DNA from: Burkholderiales bacterium
GTDB lineage: Bacteria; Pseudomonadota; Gammaproteobacteria; Burkholderiales; Casimicrobiaceae
NCBI GenBank assembly: GCA_020853025.1
Contig: JADYZP010000009.1
Location: forward strand, 86,410-150,409
Direction: 5' to 3'
DNA: 64,000 nucleotides
Positions 9,020 to 19,489 of this stretch are shown here, piece by piece. A program made the position numbers and the translations under genes. The first letter of the stretch is position 1. Every line of letters starts with the position of its first letter. Under the pieces are notes generated by a model. It had not been told where the DNA came from. It was given only the letters and a program-made list of their open reading frames with translations, and searched no databases.

Positions 9020-10102
9020 TCACGGGCAAACGTCAGGTGCGTTGAATCCGGCGGCACGTGGTGTCTTGAAATACTTGCGCTGGAAGGCGAGGGCAACGTT
9101 GACCAGCATGATCATCACCGGCACCTCGACCAGCGGGCCGACGACCGCGGCAAACGCCTCGCCCGAGTTGATCCCGAATACCGCCACCGCCACTGCGATT
9201 GCCAGCTCGAAATTGTTGCTTGCCGCGGTGAACGACAGCGTGGTCGTCTTCGAGTAGTCGGCGCCGATGCGACGGCCCAGCCAGAACGACACGAGGAACA
9301 TGAGGACGAAATAGATGACGAGGGGGAGGGCGATGCGCACGACATCGAGAGGAATGCGAACGATGTAGTCGCCCTTCAGCGAGAACATGACGAAAATCGT
9401 GAACAGCAGCGCGATCAGCGTGAGCGGGCTGATCTTCGGCACGAAGCTGCCGTGGTACCACGCCTTGCCCTTGGCCCGCACCAGCACGAAGCGCGTCAAC
9501 GCGCCGGCGAGAAACGGGATGCCGAGATAGATGAACACGCTCCACGCGATGTCCGCAATCGTGATATCGACCTTGAAGGACTGCAGGCCCAGCCACTCGG
9601 GGAGCACCGTCAGGAAGACGTAGGCGTAGATCGAAAAGAACAGCACCTGGAAGATCGAGTTGAACGCCACGAGTCCGGCGGCGTACTCGGTGTCGCCTTT
9701 GGCGAGCTCGTTCCAGACGATGACCATCGCGATGCAGCGGGCGAGCCCGATCAGGATCACGCCGGCCATGTAGTGCGGCTGGTCGCGCAGGAACACGACC
9801 GCCAGCACGAACATCAGCACCGGGCCGATCAGCCAGTTCTGGACCAGCGAGAGCATCAGCACCCGGCCATTGCGGAACACGTCGCCCAAGTCCTCGTAGC
9901 GGACCTTGGCGAAGGGCGGGTACATCATCAGGATCAGGCCCACCGCAATCGGGATGTTCGTGGTGCCGCTCTGGAACCGGCTCCAGAATCCGGCGATCCC
10001 CGGAAGCGCATACCCAACCGCGACCCCAGCGAGCATGGCGAGGAAGATCCACAACGTCAGGTAGCGGTCGAGAAAGCCGAGTTTGCCTGTGGGCGATGTC
10101 AT
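9020..10102 (-). CDS. acr3: ACR3-family arsenite efflux transporter
   Basis: [30 protein letters not shown] and GPLVEVPV motifs. Confidence 0.95.
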   Translation of the reverse strand: MTSPTGKLGFLDRYLTLWIFLAMLAGVAVGYALPGIAGFWSRFQSGTTNIPIAVGLILMMYPPFAKVRYEDLGDVFRNGRVLMLSLVQNWLIGPVLMFVLAVVFLRDQPHYMAGVILIGLARCIAMVIVWNELAKGDTEYAAGLVAFNSIFQVLFFSIYAYVFLTVLPEWLGLQSFKVDITIADIAWSVFIYLGIPFLAGALTRFVLVRAKGKAWYHGSFVPKISPLTLIALLFTIFVMFSLKGDYIVRIPLDVVRIALPLVIYFVLMFLVSFWLGRRIGADYSKTTTLSFTAASNNFELAIAVAVAVFGINSGEAFAAVVGPLVEVPVMIMLVNVALAFQRKYFKTPRAAGFNAPDVCP

Positions 10103-10156
10103 GGTGCCTTCCGGGTGCGCGCTCAGGTCATCGCTGCGCTGGCGCGTGACAGCGCG

Positions 10157-10531
10157 TCATGCGGATTTCCTCTTGCGCCGAGCCGGCAACGCAACCGCAA
10201 CCGGGTGCGGTGCACCGGCAGGCAGGCATGCGGTATCGCAGGCGGCACTGGCGCGACAGCAATTTTCGGTGAGATAGCCGACCAGGCCATTGATCGTCTC
10301 GAGGTCGGCGCGATACCAGATGAAGCGACCGTCCTGCCGGGAGGTGATGAGTCCGGCGTGCGACAGTTCCTTCAGATGGAACGACAGCGTCGCCGGCGCG
10401 ACCGACAAGCGCTCGGCAATCGCACCGGCGGGCAGGCCTTCGGGCGCGTGTTCGACCAGCAGCCGGAACGCAGCCAAGCGGTGTTCGCGGGAGAGGGCCG
10501 CCAGGGCATCGAGTGCGCGCTTCGTTTTCAT
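10157..10531 (-). CDS. arsR: ArsR/SmtB repressor with C-terminal Cys cluster
   Basis: HTH 'LSVAPATLSFHLKEL' and C-terminal YLTENCC...C...C arsenite-binding type. Confidence 0.92.
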   Translation of the reverse strand: MKTKRALDALAALSREHRLAAFRLLVEHAPEGLPAGAIAERLSVAPATLSFHLKELSHAGLITSRQDGRFIWYRADLETINGLVGYLTENCCRASAACDTACLPAGAPHPVAVALPARRKRKSA

Positions 10532-10551
10532 GTTTCACATAATATCGAAAT
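10532..10551. promoter_or_regulatory. Candidate ArsR operator
   Basis: AT-rich imperfect palindrome GTTTCACATAATATCGAAAT directly upstream of the arsR start codon. Confidence 0.4.
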
Positions 10552-10587
10552 GTATTTCGCTGTCAATAGCGGCCATTCGTCGTCCCC

Positions 10588-11559
10588 CTATTCGGCAAGT
10601 AGCCCCGACGAACGGACGAGCGGACGCCAATACGCGGTATCGGCCGCCATGATCGACGCCAGTTCCTGTGGCGTGGTCCCGGTCGGCTCGAGTCCCACGC
10701 TGCGCAATTTCGCAGCGATCTCCGGCTGCCGTACTGCGTGCGCGATCGACTTCGACAGCCGTGCGATCACGTCGGCGGGCGTTCCGGCCGGCACATAGGC
10801 GGCGATCCAGCCGGAGCCCGAGAGCCCGGGAAAGCCTTGTTCACCGAACGTCGGAACCTCTGGCAGCAGCGCGAAACGGTGCGCCCCGGATGTCGCGAGG
10901 ATACGAATCTTTCCCTCGCGATGCAGTTCAACCAGGTTGGACAGGGCGTCGAAATCGGCGGCGACGCGTTGACCCAGCAAGTCGACACCGAGAGATCCCT
11001 TACCGGAGTAGGGGATGTGCACCATCGTTGCGCCGCTTGCCCGTCCCAATTCGGCACCGAGAATGTGCCCGGCCGTGCCCACACCCAGCGTGCCGTAGTT
11101 TGCCCGTGATGGATGGGCACGGACCCAGGCGATGAACTCCGGGACCGTATGCGCAGGATGGCTTGCTGCCACGGCCAGCCCGTACTGATACGTCGCGACC
11201 TGCGAGACGGGAGCGAGGTGCTTTTCCGGCAGGAAGCCGACGTTGCCAAAGACCAGCGGCGCGAGCACCGGGACCACGAACGGCGTCAACAGGATCGTGT
11301 CCCCGTCCGGGGCCGCGTTCTTCTCGGTGGTGGCAGCAACCCGACCGGCCGCACCTGGCCTGTTCTCGACAATGACAGGATGTCCCAGGTCGTCCTTGAG
11401 TTGATCCGCAATGAGACGGGCGATGAAATCGGTTGTGCCGCCGGCGGGAAAGCCAACGACGATCCTGACGGTGCGACCGGCGTCATGAACGCCGGCAGCG
11501 AATGCGGGGAGGCACAGCGTCAACGCCAGAGCCAGACCGAGTTGTCGAATCGACCACAT
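10588..11559 (-). CDS. Bug/TctC-family tripartite tricarboxylate transporter substrate-binding protein
   Basis: Signal peptide; VRIVVGFPAGGTTD, VENRPGAAG and HIPYSG motifs. Confidence 0.92.
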   Translation of the reverse strand: MWSIRQLGLALALTLCLPAFAAGVHDAGRTVRIVVGFPAGGTTDFIARLIADQLKDDLGHPVIVENRPGAAGRVAATTEKNAAPDGDTILLTPFVVPVLAPLVFGNVGFLPEKHLAPVSQVATYQYGLAVAASHPAHTVPEFIAWVRAHPSRANYGTLGVGTAGHILGAELGRASGATMVHIPYSGKGSLGVDLLGQRVAADFDALSNLVELHREGKIRILATSGAHRFALLPEVPTFGEQGFPGLSGSGWIAAYVPAGTPADVIARLSKSIAHAVRQPEIAAKLRSVGLEPTGTTPQELASIMAADTAYWRPLVRSSGLLAE

Positions 11560-11637
11560 CTACGTTCTCCCGAGCTTGCGCTGGCCACCAGGCAGTGCAG
11601 ATTATACTTGGCGAGGCCAATCCGACCCGTCGCCACC

Positions 11638-13545
11638 ATGGCGCTTGCCGAAACGGAACCGTCGCTTTCGCAATCGATCGAGAGAATGATCAATCCGCTG
11701 GCCATCTCCTCAGAACCCGGCGCCGCGGTCGTGCCGCGCGACGCGCACGAGCGCAACGCACTGTCGCAATTCGAGCGCCTGGTCTCCGGCTTGTCGGCGC
11801 GATTCATCAATCTGCCTGCGGCTGAAGTGGATGCGGTGTTCCGCGAAAGCCTGCGCGACGTCGTGCTGAACATGGCAATCGATCGCGCGTCGCTTTCCCA
11901 GTTCGTTGCCGGCGAAACCCACTTCCGTACGCGCCATTCGTGGGCCGTCCCCGGGGTCACGCCGGTTTCGGTGTCCAACTCCACGCGCAGCTATCCGTGG
12001 GTCCGCGCCCAGGCGAAGGCGGGGATGCCGATCGTCTTCGCGCGGTTGGCGGACCTGCCGCCGGAAGCAGGCGTCGATCGCGAAAGCTATCGGAAAATCG
12101 GATTGCGCTCGCATATCGGGCAGCCGATCGTCGTGGCTGGGCAGCTGTTCGGCATTCTCGGGTTCGGTTGCATTCTGCGCGAGCGCGCGTGGTCGAACGA
12201 CGACCTGGAGCGCACGAGGCTGCTCGCAGACATTTTTGCGCACGCACTGGCACGCGTTCGTGCGCAAGAGGAATTGGCACGAGCCGCGGGTTTCGAGCGC
12301 CTCACGTCGGGCATCCTGGCTTCGTTGCTGGTTGCACCGACTGATGCCGAAGACGACATCGTCGTGCAGGGCTTGCAACGCATTGGCGCGTTCATGCGCG
12401 CCGAACGCGTTACGCTGTGGGAGCGCATTCCAGAGCAGCGCGACTTCCGCAGGTCATACCAATGGTGCGCGACGTCGTCGCTGCCAGCGGAGCCATCCAT
12501 TCCGGGGAACCTGCCGTGGCTTGGTGGTCGATTGAGCGCCGGATGCGTGGTTCGATTCAGCGATTTGACGCAACTTCCCGTCGAGGCGCATGACGACCTG
12601 CCGTCGCTACGGGCGGCAAAAATCCGGTCGTTGCTTGCAGTTCCCATCTCGGTCCATGATGCGGTTGTCGGGGCGTTCACGATCGCCAGCACGGTCGAGC
12701 AGTGCGACTGGCCAGACAGCGCCGTGTCGGGCGCCGAACTGCTGGCCAAGGTGTTTGCAACCTTGAGCGAACGGCAATCGATGCAGGGACTGAAGCAAGC
12801 TGCGGAGATCGAGGCCGCGCTGTGGCGCGAGCGCTTGGCGCACCTCGTGCGCGTGCACACCGTCGGCGAGATGTCCGTCGCGCTTGCCCACGAAATCACC
12901 CAGCCGCTCGGTGCCATCGAAAACTATGCGCTGGCGGCGCGCCGGCGGGCCGGTGCGAAGACGCCTGATATGGCACGCATCGTGGACTTGCTGGACAAGG
13001 TCGTCGGGCAGGCGACCCGGGCCGGCGACGTGGTGTCTCGCATGCGCGGGATGGCGCGGCGGCACGATCTCGATCCGAAGGAAATCGATGTCGAACGCGC
13101 AATCGGTGAGTGCGCCGAGATGCTGAAGGCAGAATGCGAGGCTCGAGAAATCCGTGTGGAGTTCGATGTTTCCGATCACGAGCTACGTGTCGTCGCTGAC
13201 GAAATCCACCTGCAGCAGGTGATCATGAATCTTCTGCGCAACGCGATGCAGGCGATGGGCGACACGGGGTCCGGCGTGGCGAAGGTTATCACCATCGCCA
13301 TCGGATCAGATGCTTCTGATGAAGTATCGGTGCAGATCGCGGACCGGGGTCCGGGCATTGCCGACAACGACATCGAGCGCGTGTTCGAGTCGTTCTATTC
13401 GACAAAATCCGATGGCCTCGGCGTGGGACTTGCCATCTGCCGCCGGCTGATCGAGGCGCACGGGGGCCGGTTATGGGCGATACACAATCCTGGTGGCGGC
13501 GCCATCTTCCGGTTCACCCTTCCCGCGGCCCACGCCAACGCTTGA
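11638..13545 (+). CDS. Sensor histidine kinase with two GAF-like domains and a FixL/NodV-type transmitter
   Basis: Two repeats of a '...GIRSH/LLAVPI.V.G.L.G...R.W' GAF pattern; H-box LAHEITQPL, NLLRNAMQA, DRGPG, FYSTK, GLGVGL. Start uncertain (11638 or 11686). Confidence 0.88.
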   Translation: MALAETEPSLSQSIERMINPLAISSEPGAAVVPRDAHERNALSQFERLVSGLSARFINLPAAEVDAVFRESLRDVVLNMAIDRASLSQFVAGETHFRTRHSWAVPGVTPVSVSNSTRSYPWVRAQAKAGMPIVFARLADLPPEAGVDRESYRKIGLRSHIGQPIVVAGQLFGILGFGCILRERAWSNDDLERTRLLADIFAHALARVRAQEELARAAGFERLTSGILASLLVAPTDAEDDIVVQGLQRIGAFMRAERVTLWERIPEQRDFRRSYQWCATSSLPAEPSIPGNLPWLGGRLSAGCVVRFSDLTQLPVEAHDDLPSLRAAKIRSLLAVPISVHDAVVGAFTIASTVEQCDWPDSAVSGAELLAKVFATLSERQSMQGLKQAAEIEAALWRERLAHLVRVHTVGEMSVALAHEITQPLGAIENYALAARRRAGAKTPDMARIVDLLDKVVGQATRAGDVVSRMRGMARRHDLDPKEIDVERAIGECAEMLKAECEAREIRVEFDVSDHELRVVADEIHLQQVIMNLLRNAMQAMGDTGSGVAKVITIAIGSDASDEVSVQIADRGPGIADNDIERVFESFYSTKSDGLGVGLAICRRLIEAHGGRLWAIHNPGGGAIFRFTLPAAHANA

Positions 13546-13549
13546 AGCC

Positions 13550-14158
13550 ATGGCCGAACCCACCGTTTTCATTGTCGATGACGACGAAGCCTTCCGGGAT
13601 TCGGTCAATGAACTCGTAAGCTCGGTAGGCCTCGCAACCGAGACTTTCAGCTCAGCGCTGGAATTTGTCGAATCGTTCGACGCGATGCGCTCGGGGTGTC
13701 TGGTGCTGGACGTGCGAATGGCGCGCATGAGCGGTATCGCGCTGCAGGCGAGGCTCAAAGCGATGAATGCGCAGATTCCGATCGTCTTCATCAGCGGGCA
13801 TGGCGATATCGCGATGGCGGTCAGCGCGATCAAGGATGGCGCCACCGACTTCGTGCAGAAGCCCTATCGGGAGCAGCAGCTCCTCGATGCGATCAACGAA
13901 GCGCTTCGGCGCGATGCCGCATCGCGCGCAGCCCCCCATCCTGACGACGCATTGAGGGAACTCGACGCAGGCCTGACGGTGCGCGAGCGCGAAGTCCTGG
14001 AACTCGTGCTGAAGGGGTTGCCGAGCAAGGTGATTGCCAGGCAGCTTGCGATCAGTCACCGGACGGTCGAGCAGCACCGCAGCCGGTTGCTCGAAAAATT
14101 CGAAGTCGGTTCAGTCGCGGAACTGATGCATCTGGTCTTCGATCGTCGCGCCAGGTAG
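13550..14158 (+). CDS. FixJ/NodW-type response regulator (REC + LuxR HTH)
   Basis: VFIVDDD, CLVLDVRM, FISGHG, FVQKP and LTVREREVL...TVEQHR. Confidence 0.92.
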   Translation: MAEPTVFIVDDDEAFRDSVNELVSSVGLATETFSSALEFVESFDAMRSGCLVLDVRMARMSGIALQARLKAMNAQIPIVFISGHGDIAMAVSAIKDGATDFVQKPYREQQLLDAINEALRRDAASRAAPHPDDALRELDAGLTVREREVLELVLKGLPSKVIARQLAISHRTVEQHRSRLLEKFEVGSVAELMHLVFDRRAR

Positions 14159-14379
14159 CGGCGTCTACCTCTTCTGCACGCCAGCCGGGGCACCGCTGGA
14201 CCCAACGGCTGCAATGCGCAGTGTCGTCGAACGGCATCCGTGATTGTCCGGATGGTCGACCACGGCCAAGGCCATCATCATGGCTGCAAGCTAACGGCAA
14301 CTGCCGCGCCGCCGCGAAGGGCCGCAATCAGTCTGCCCGCCTCCCTTGCGGGATCTGCCCTGCCCATCGCGACTGCATC

Positions 14380-14760
14380 ATGCCAACCACCGCCTATGTG
14401 CTCGAACCCAATCCGGCGGAGCGGACCTGGATCAGGGCAGCGCTCGGTGGCTGCGTCGACACGGTAACGTTTCTCGAGGATTGCACCGCGCCGTTGGCAT
14501 GCGGGCCCGTAGCGGGTGAGGCTGTGTTCATTGCCGCCGCTGAACCCGATGACGCGCGGACGCTCAAGCTCGTACAGGACCTGCGGAGTCGAGGTGCGAG
14601 CCTGCCCGTGATCGTGCTGGGGCCGCACAGCGCGTTCCGGGCGGCGGTCGGCGTCGCGCGGCTGGATGCCACCGACTTTCTCGAGCGCCCGGCCACCGAA
14701 CGGCAACTTCGCGCCGCGGTGGGCAGGGCCTTGGCGTCATTTCAACGACGGCATGGATAG
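14380..14760 (+). CDS. Stand-alone degenerate receiver domain
   Basis: REC topology retained (LPVIVLG...AVGVARLDATDFLERP), but canonical acidic pocket, phospho-Asp and Lys residues are altered. Confidence 0.7.
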   Translation: MPTTAYVLEPNPAERTWIRAALGGCVDTVTFLEDCTAPLACGPVAGEAVFIAAAEPDDARTLKLVQDLRSRGASLPVIVLGPHSAFRAAVGVARLDATDFLERPATERQLRAAVGRALASFQRRHG

Positions 14761-14933
14761 GTGGTACCACGCAGGACCCCGGTGTGAATACCGCATCACG
14801 TTGCGTGCGTCCCACGATTCTCCAAAGCTGCGCGCAACTCTATGCTGGTGGGGAGATTCGATTTGGCGAACAACCTCGCAGGCTTGTGATTGCGACCTCG
14901 GGTGTTCTCCGACGGTCTACAAAACGGGTGGGA

Positions 14934-16652
14934 ATGAATATGAAACTTTGCAAAGCAGCAGTTCTGGCGGCCACGGTACTGATCGTGGCGTTCGTACCGA
15001 TATCGGCTGCATTGGCGCAGGCGCCGGCCAAGAAGCCCAACATCATGTTCATCATGGGTGACGACATCGGCTGGATGCAGCCGTCCATCTACCATCAGGG
15101 CGTGATGGTCGGCGAGACGCCGAACATCGACCGCATCGGCAAGGAAGGTGCGAAGTTCATGACCTACTATGCCGAGCAAAGCTGCACCGCCGGGCGCAAC
15201 GCGTTCTTCACCGGCATGCATCCGCTGCGCACCGGCATGATCCCGCCACAACTGCCCGGCAGTCCGTCGTGGCTGCGCCCCGGCACACCGGCGCTTTCGA
15301 AGTTCCTGCTCGATCTTGGCTACACCACCGGCGAATTCGGCAAGAACCACCTGGGCGATCACTTCGAGGCACTGCCGACCTCGCATGGCTTCCAGGAATT
15401 CTGGGGCTACCTGTACCACCTCGACGCCATGCAGGGTGTGAGCTTCGTCGACATCAACAAGACCCCGCTGGTGCAGGGTATCGCGCCGCCGTGCAAGAAC
15501 ACGCCGATCACCGGATTGCCCGAGGTGCCCGGCGCCGTGGATCCGAAGACGACCACCTGCCTGACCCCACCGCGCCCCGTCATCTCATGCAAGTCCAGCG
15601 ACGGCACGCAGAAGAACACCATCTGCAAGGACGAGGGCCTGTTGACGCTGGACCGCTCGCGGACCATCGACGAGGAGATCTCGGCGAAGGTGATCGATTT
15701 CCTCGACCGCAATGACCCCAAAAAGACCAACAAGCCCTTCTTCGTCTGGTACAACCCGGCGCGCATGCACATCACGACCATGCTGTCGCCGAAGTACGAA
15801 GCCATGGTCGGTGAACCCGGTGGCAAGGACTGGGGCACCAACGAAGCCGGCATGAAGCAGATGGACGATAACATCGGCTACGTCATCAAGAAGCTCGAGG
15901 ACATGGGCCAGCTCGACAACACCATCATCGTCTTCACCACCGACAACGGCGCCGAAACGATCACCTTTCCGGACGGCGGCACCACCCCGTTCAAGGGCGG
16001 CAAGCTGACAACCTGGGAAGGCGGCATGCGTGCTCCAGCGGTCATGCGCTGGCCCGGCGTCATCAAGCCCGGCACGGTGTTGGACGATATCTTCTCGTCA
16101 CTCGACTGGGTGCCGACCTTCGTCGACATTGCCGGTGGGAAGAAGGGCAACGCACTGAACGAGCAGATCATGGCGGGCAAGTATCCCGGCATCGTCAAGA
16201 CCAAGCTCGACGGTTTCGACCAGACGGATTACCTGAGCGGCAAGTCGCAAAAATCTGCGCGCGAGGTCTACTTCTATTACACCGGCTCGCAGCCGTCGGC
16301 AGTGCGCTACAAGAACTGGAAGATGTACTACACCATCGTGCCGGATACCGCGACGGGCGGGCTGTATGGAGCCACCAGCTTTCACTGGACTCAACTTCTC
16401 AACCTGAAGCGTGATCCTTTCGAGACCACGGTGGGCAGCGACACGAAGTCCCTGCTGGCTGTCGGCGGTGCGTTGGGCTCGACCGGAAACGCCTATATCT
16501 ATAACTGGAACATGCTGCCGATCGGGCAGTTGTTGTGGGAGAAGGAGCTGATGTCCTACAAGGAATTCCCGCCGATGCAGGCGCCGGAGACCTACAACCT
16601 GGACGGCATTCTCAAGGCCATGCAACGTAACAGCCACGCCGGCCACGATTGA
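14934..16652 (+). CDS. Arylsulfatase (family S1, Cys-type)
   Basis: Signal peptide; KPNIMFIMGDD, SCTAGR signature, GKNHLG, TDNG and WEGGMR. Confidence 0.92.
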   Translation: MNMKLCKAAVLAATVLIVAFVPISAALAQAPAKKPNIMFIMGDDIGWMQPSIYHQGVMVGETPNIDRIGKEGAKFMTYYAEQSCTAGRNAFFTGMHPLRTGMIPPQLPGSPSWLRPGTPALSKFLLDLGYTTGEFGKNHLGDHFEALPTSHGFQEFWGYLYHLDAMQGVSFVDINKTPLVQGIAPPCKNTPITGLPEVPGAVDPKTTTCLTPPRPVISCKSSDGTQKNTICKDEGLLTLDRSRTIDEEISAKVIDFLDRNDPKKTNKPFFVWYNPARMHITTMLSPKYEAMVGEPGGKDWGTNEAGMKQMDDNIGYVIKKLEDMGQLDNTIIVFTTDNGAETITFPDGGTTPFKGGKLTTWEGGMRAPAVMRWPGVIKPGTVLDDIFSSLDWVPTFVDIAGGKKGNALNEQIMAGKYPGIVKTKLDGFDQTDYLSGKSQKSAREVYFYYTGSQPSAVRYKNWKMYYTIVPDTATGGLYGATSFHWTQLLNLKRDPFETTVGSDTKSLLAVGGALGSTGNAYIYNWNMLPIGQLLWEKELMSYKEFPPMQAPETYNLDGILKAMQRNSHAGHD

Positions 16653-16680
16653 GTTGAAAGGCTGACGGAAGGCGTTGATC

Positions 16681-16716
16681 GGGCGGGCGGCTGGAATCAG
16701 CCGCCCGTTCGTTTCT
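16681..16716 (+). terminator. Probable intrinsic terminator or stability hairpin after sulfatase 1
   Basis: GGGCGGCTG-GAAT-CAGCCGCCC stem, extendable by G-U pairs, followed by GTTTCT. Confidence 0.5.
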
Positions 16717-16790
16717 GATGAACCTTGTTGCCGGTGAGGGCAAAGGTTTGCTGTCCGTTCGCCATCGGGGCATTTTGAGTGGGAGGAACC

Positions 16791-17822
16791 ATGATTTCGG
16801 CATCCAGCGATTTCCGACACCTACGCCGGCAGGTATTTGTCCTGCTTGCGTCCCTGGTCTTCGCGGCATCGGCGTTGGCACAAACCGACCCTCTGCCCTC
16901 CTGGAACGACGGCGCGGCCAGGAAGGCCATCGTCGAGTTCGTCAAGACCACTACCACGCAGGGCAGCCCGCAGTTCGTGGCGCCGGCCGAGCGCATCGCT
17001 ACCTTCGACCAGGACGGCACGCTATGGGTCGAGCACCCGATGTACTCGTTCGTAATGTACGCGCTGGAGCGCGTAGCGGTGCTCGCCAAGGCCAAGCCCG
17101 AGCTCACGAACGTCGAGCCGTTCAAGACGGTGCTGTCGGGCAACCGCGAGGCGATGGCCAAGCTCAGCATGGGCGATCTCGAGAAGATCCTTGCTGCCAC
17201 CTTCACCGGCATGACGGTAGACGAGTTCAGCGCCGAGGTGACCAAGTGGATCGCCGGCGCCAAGGACCCGCGTTGGAAGCGGCCCTATACCGAACTGGTC
17301 TATCAGCCGATGCAGGAAGTGCTTCAGTACCTGCGCGACAACGGTTACAAGACCTACATCGTCACCGGCGGTGGCCAGGACTTCGTGCGCCAGTACTCGC
17401 AAGCGACCTACGGCATCCCGCCGGAACAGGTGGTCGGCACCGCCGGCGTGCTTAAATACGGTTACGACAAGAGTGGCAAGCCGATACTCAGGAAGCTGCC
17501 CAAGCTCCTGCTGAACGACAACGATACCGGCAAACCCGAAGGCATCCAGCTGATGATCGGTCGCCGGCCGCATGCAGCCGTCGGCAACTCGACCGGTGAT
17601 CGGCAGATGCTGGAGTACACGGGGGCGGGCGACGGCGCGCGGCTCATGATGCTGGTCCTGCATGACGACGCGAAACGCGAATACGCCTACGGCCCGGCGC
17701 AGGGTTTGCCGAACACCAAGGTCGGGACGTTCACCCAGCAGCTCTACGACGAGGCGACGAAGAAGCGCTGGATAGTCGTCAGCATGAAGAACGACTGGAA
17801 GAAGATTTTTTCCTTCGAGTAG
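16791..17822 (+). CDS. Secreted HAD-family hydrolase (acid-phosphatase-like)
   Basis: Signal peptide; FDQDGTLW (DxD), IVTGGG, GKP and GNSTGD motifs. Confidence 0.85.
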   Translation: MISASSDFRHLRRQVFVLLASLVFAASALAQTDPLPSWNDGAARKAIVEFVKTTTTQGSPQFVAPAERIATFDQDGTLWVEHPMYSFVMYALERVAVLAKAKPELTNVEPFKTVLSGNREAMAKLSMGDLEKILAATFTGMTVDEFSAEVTKWIAGAKDPRWKRPYTELVYQPMQEVLQYLRDNGYKTYIVTGGGQDFVRQYSQATYGIPPEQVVGTAGVLKYGYDKSGKPILRKLPKLLLNDNDTGKPEGIQLMIGRRPHAAVGNSTGDRQMLEYTGAGDGARLMMLVLHDDAKREYAYGPAQGLPNTKVGTFTQQLYDEATKKRWIVVSMKNDWKKIFSFE

Positions 17823-17847
17823 CGGCCGATGGGGCCGGAAAGAATTC

Positions 17848-19437
17848 ATGAAGATTCAGGCAGGTCAACCTGGGAATGGCAACATGAAGAACATGTTTGC
17901 GAAATTGCTTGCCGTTGCGTTTGCCGCCGTGATGTGCGTGCCGGTATGGGCGCAAACCAGTGGCAAGAAGCCGAACATCCTCATCATCTGGGGCGACGAT
18001 ATCGGCTACTGGAACGTCAGTGCCTACAACCAGGGCATGATGGGGTACAAGACGCCCAACATCGATCGCATCGCCAAGGAAGGCGCGCTGTTCACCGACT
18101 GGTACGGCCAGCAGAGTTGCACCGCGGGCAGGGCGGCGTTCATCACCGGCCAGTCACCGTTTCGCACCGGCCTCTTGAAAGTCGGCCTGCCCGGCGCCAA
18201 GGAAGGATTGCAGGCGCGCGATGTGACCATTGCCGAGCTCTTGAAGGCGCGAGGCTACCTCACCGGCCAGTTCGGCAAGAATCATCTGGGTGACCTCGAC
18301 GAACACCTGCCCACCGCGCACGGCTTCCAGGAGTTCATGGGTTCGCTCTACCACCTCAACGCCGAGGACGAGCCCGAACACGAGGACTACTTCAAGGACC
18401 CGGCGCTGCAAAAGCGCTTCGGCACGCGCGGTGTGATCCACTCCTGGGCCAACGCCGACGGCACGCAGCGCATCGAAAGCACCGGCGCGCTGAACAAGAA
18501 ACGCATGGAGACCATCGACGACGAGGTCACCGACGAAACCATCCGCTTCATGCGCGACGCGAAGAAGGCCGACAAGCCCTTCTTCCTGTGGTGGAACTCG
18601 ACACGCATGCACATCTGGACGCGGTTGAAGGAAGCATCGCGCGGAAAGACAGGGCTGGGCATCTACCCGGACGGCATGCTCGAGCACGACGCGCATGTCG
18701 GGCGCATCCTCGATGCGCTGAAGGAACTCGGCCTGGACGAGAACACCATCGTCATGTACTCCACCGACAACGGCGCCGAGAAGTTCACCTGGCCCGACGG
18801 TGGCACGTCACCGTTCCGCGGCGAGAAGAACACCAACTGGGAAGGCGGCTACCGCGTGCCGACCTTCATCCGCTGGCCCGGCGTCATCAAGCCCGGCACG
18901 ATACTGAACGACATATTCGCGCACGAGGACATGCTGCCGACGCTGCTGGCCGCAGCCGGCGTGCCCGACGTGAAGGAGCAGTTGCTCAAGGGCATGCAGG
19001 TCGGCAACAAGACCTTCAAGGTGCACCTGGACGGCTACGATGTGAGCGCGGCACTGGCCGGCAAGACGCCCAGCCCGCGCCATGACTTCTTCTACTTCAA
19101 CGACGATGGTCAATTGGTCGGTTTGCGCTACGACCAGTGGAAGATCGTGTTCGCCGAGCAGAAGGCGCATGGTGCCGCGGTCTGGCGCCAGCCGTTCACC
19201 ACGCTACGTGCGCCCAAGATCTTCAATATCCGTTCCGACCCGTTCGAGATCGGTGACGTCGAAGGCATGGACTGGAACCGGTGGTGGGTCGAGCACATCT
19301 TCCTGCTGGTCCCGGCACAGCAATACGTCGGGCAGTTCATCGGTACATTCCGCGAATTCCCGCCGAGCCAGAAGGGCGGGACGTTTGCGCTGGATGCGGC
19401 GTTGCAGGCGTTGCAGACTGCCGGCGGCAGCGACTGA
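17848..19437 (+). CDS. Arylsulfatase (family S1, Cys-type), second paralog
   Basis: KPNILIIWGDD, SCTAGR, GKNHLG, TDNG and WEGGYR; alternative start ATG 17884. Confidence 0.92.
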   Translation: MKIQAGQPGNGNMKNMFAKLLAVAFAAVMCVPVWAQTSGKKPNILIIWGDDIGYWNVSAYNQGMMGYKTPNIDRIAKEGALFTDWYGQQSCTAGRAAFITGQSPFRTGLLKVGLPGAKEGLQARDVTIAELLKARGYLTGQFGKNHLGDLDEHLPTAHGFQEFMGSLYHLNAEDEPEHEDYFKDPALQKRFGTRGVIHSWANADGTQRIESTGALNKKRMETIDDEVTDETIRFMRDAKKADKPFFLWWNSTRMHIWTRLKEASRGKTGLGIYPDGMLEHDAHVGRILDALKELGLDENTIVMYSTDNGAEKFTWPDGGTSPFRGEKNTNWEGGYRVPTFIRWPGVIKPGTILNDIFAHEDMLPTLLAAAGVPDVKEQLLKGMQVGNKTFKVHLDGYDVSAALAGKTPSPRHDFFYFNDDGQLVGLRYDQWKIVFAEQKAHGAAVWRQPFTTLRAPKIFNIRSDPFEIGDVEGMDWNRWWVEHIFLLVPAQQYVGQFIGTFREFPPSQKGGTFALDAALQALQTAGGSD

Positions 19438-19489
19438 CGTGAGGAATCGACCAGTGGTCACCAACAAAGAAAGTCTAGTCTCCAACCTA

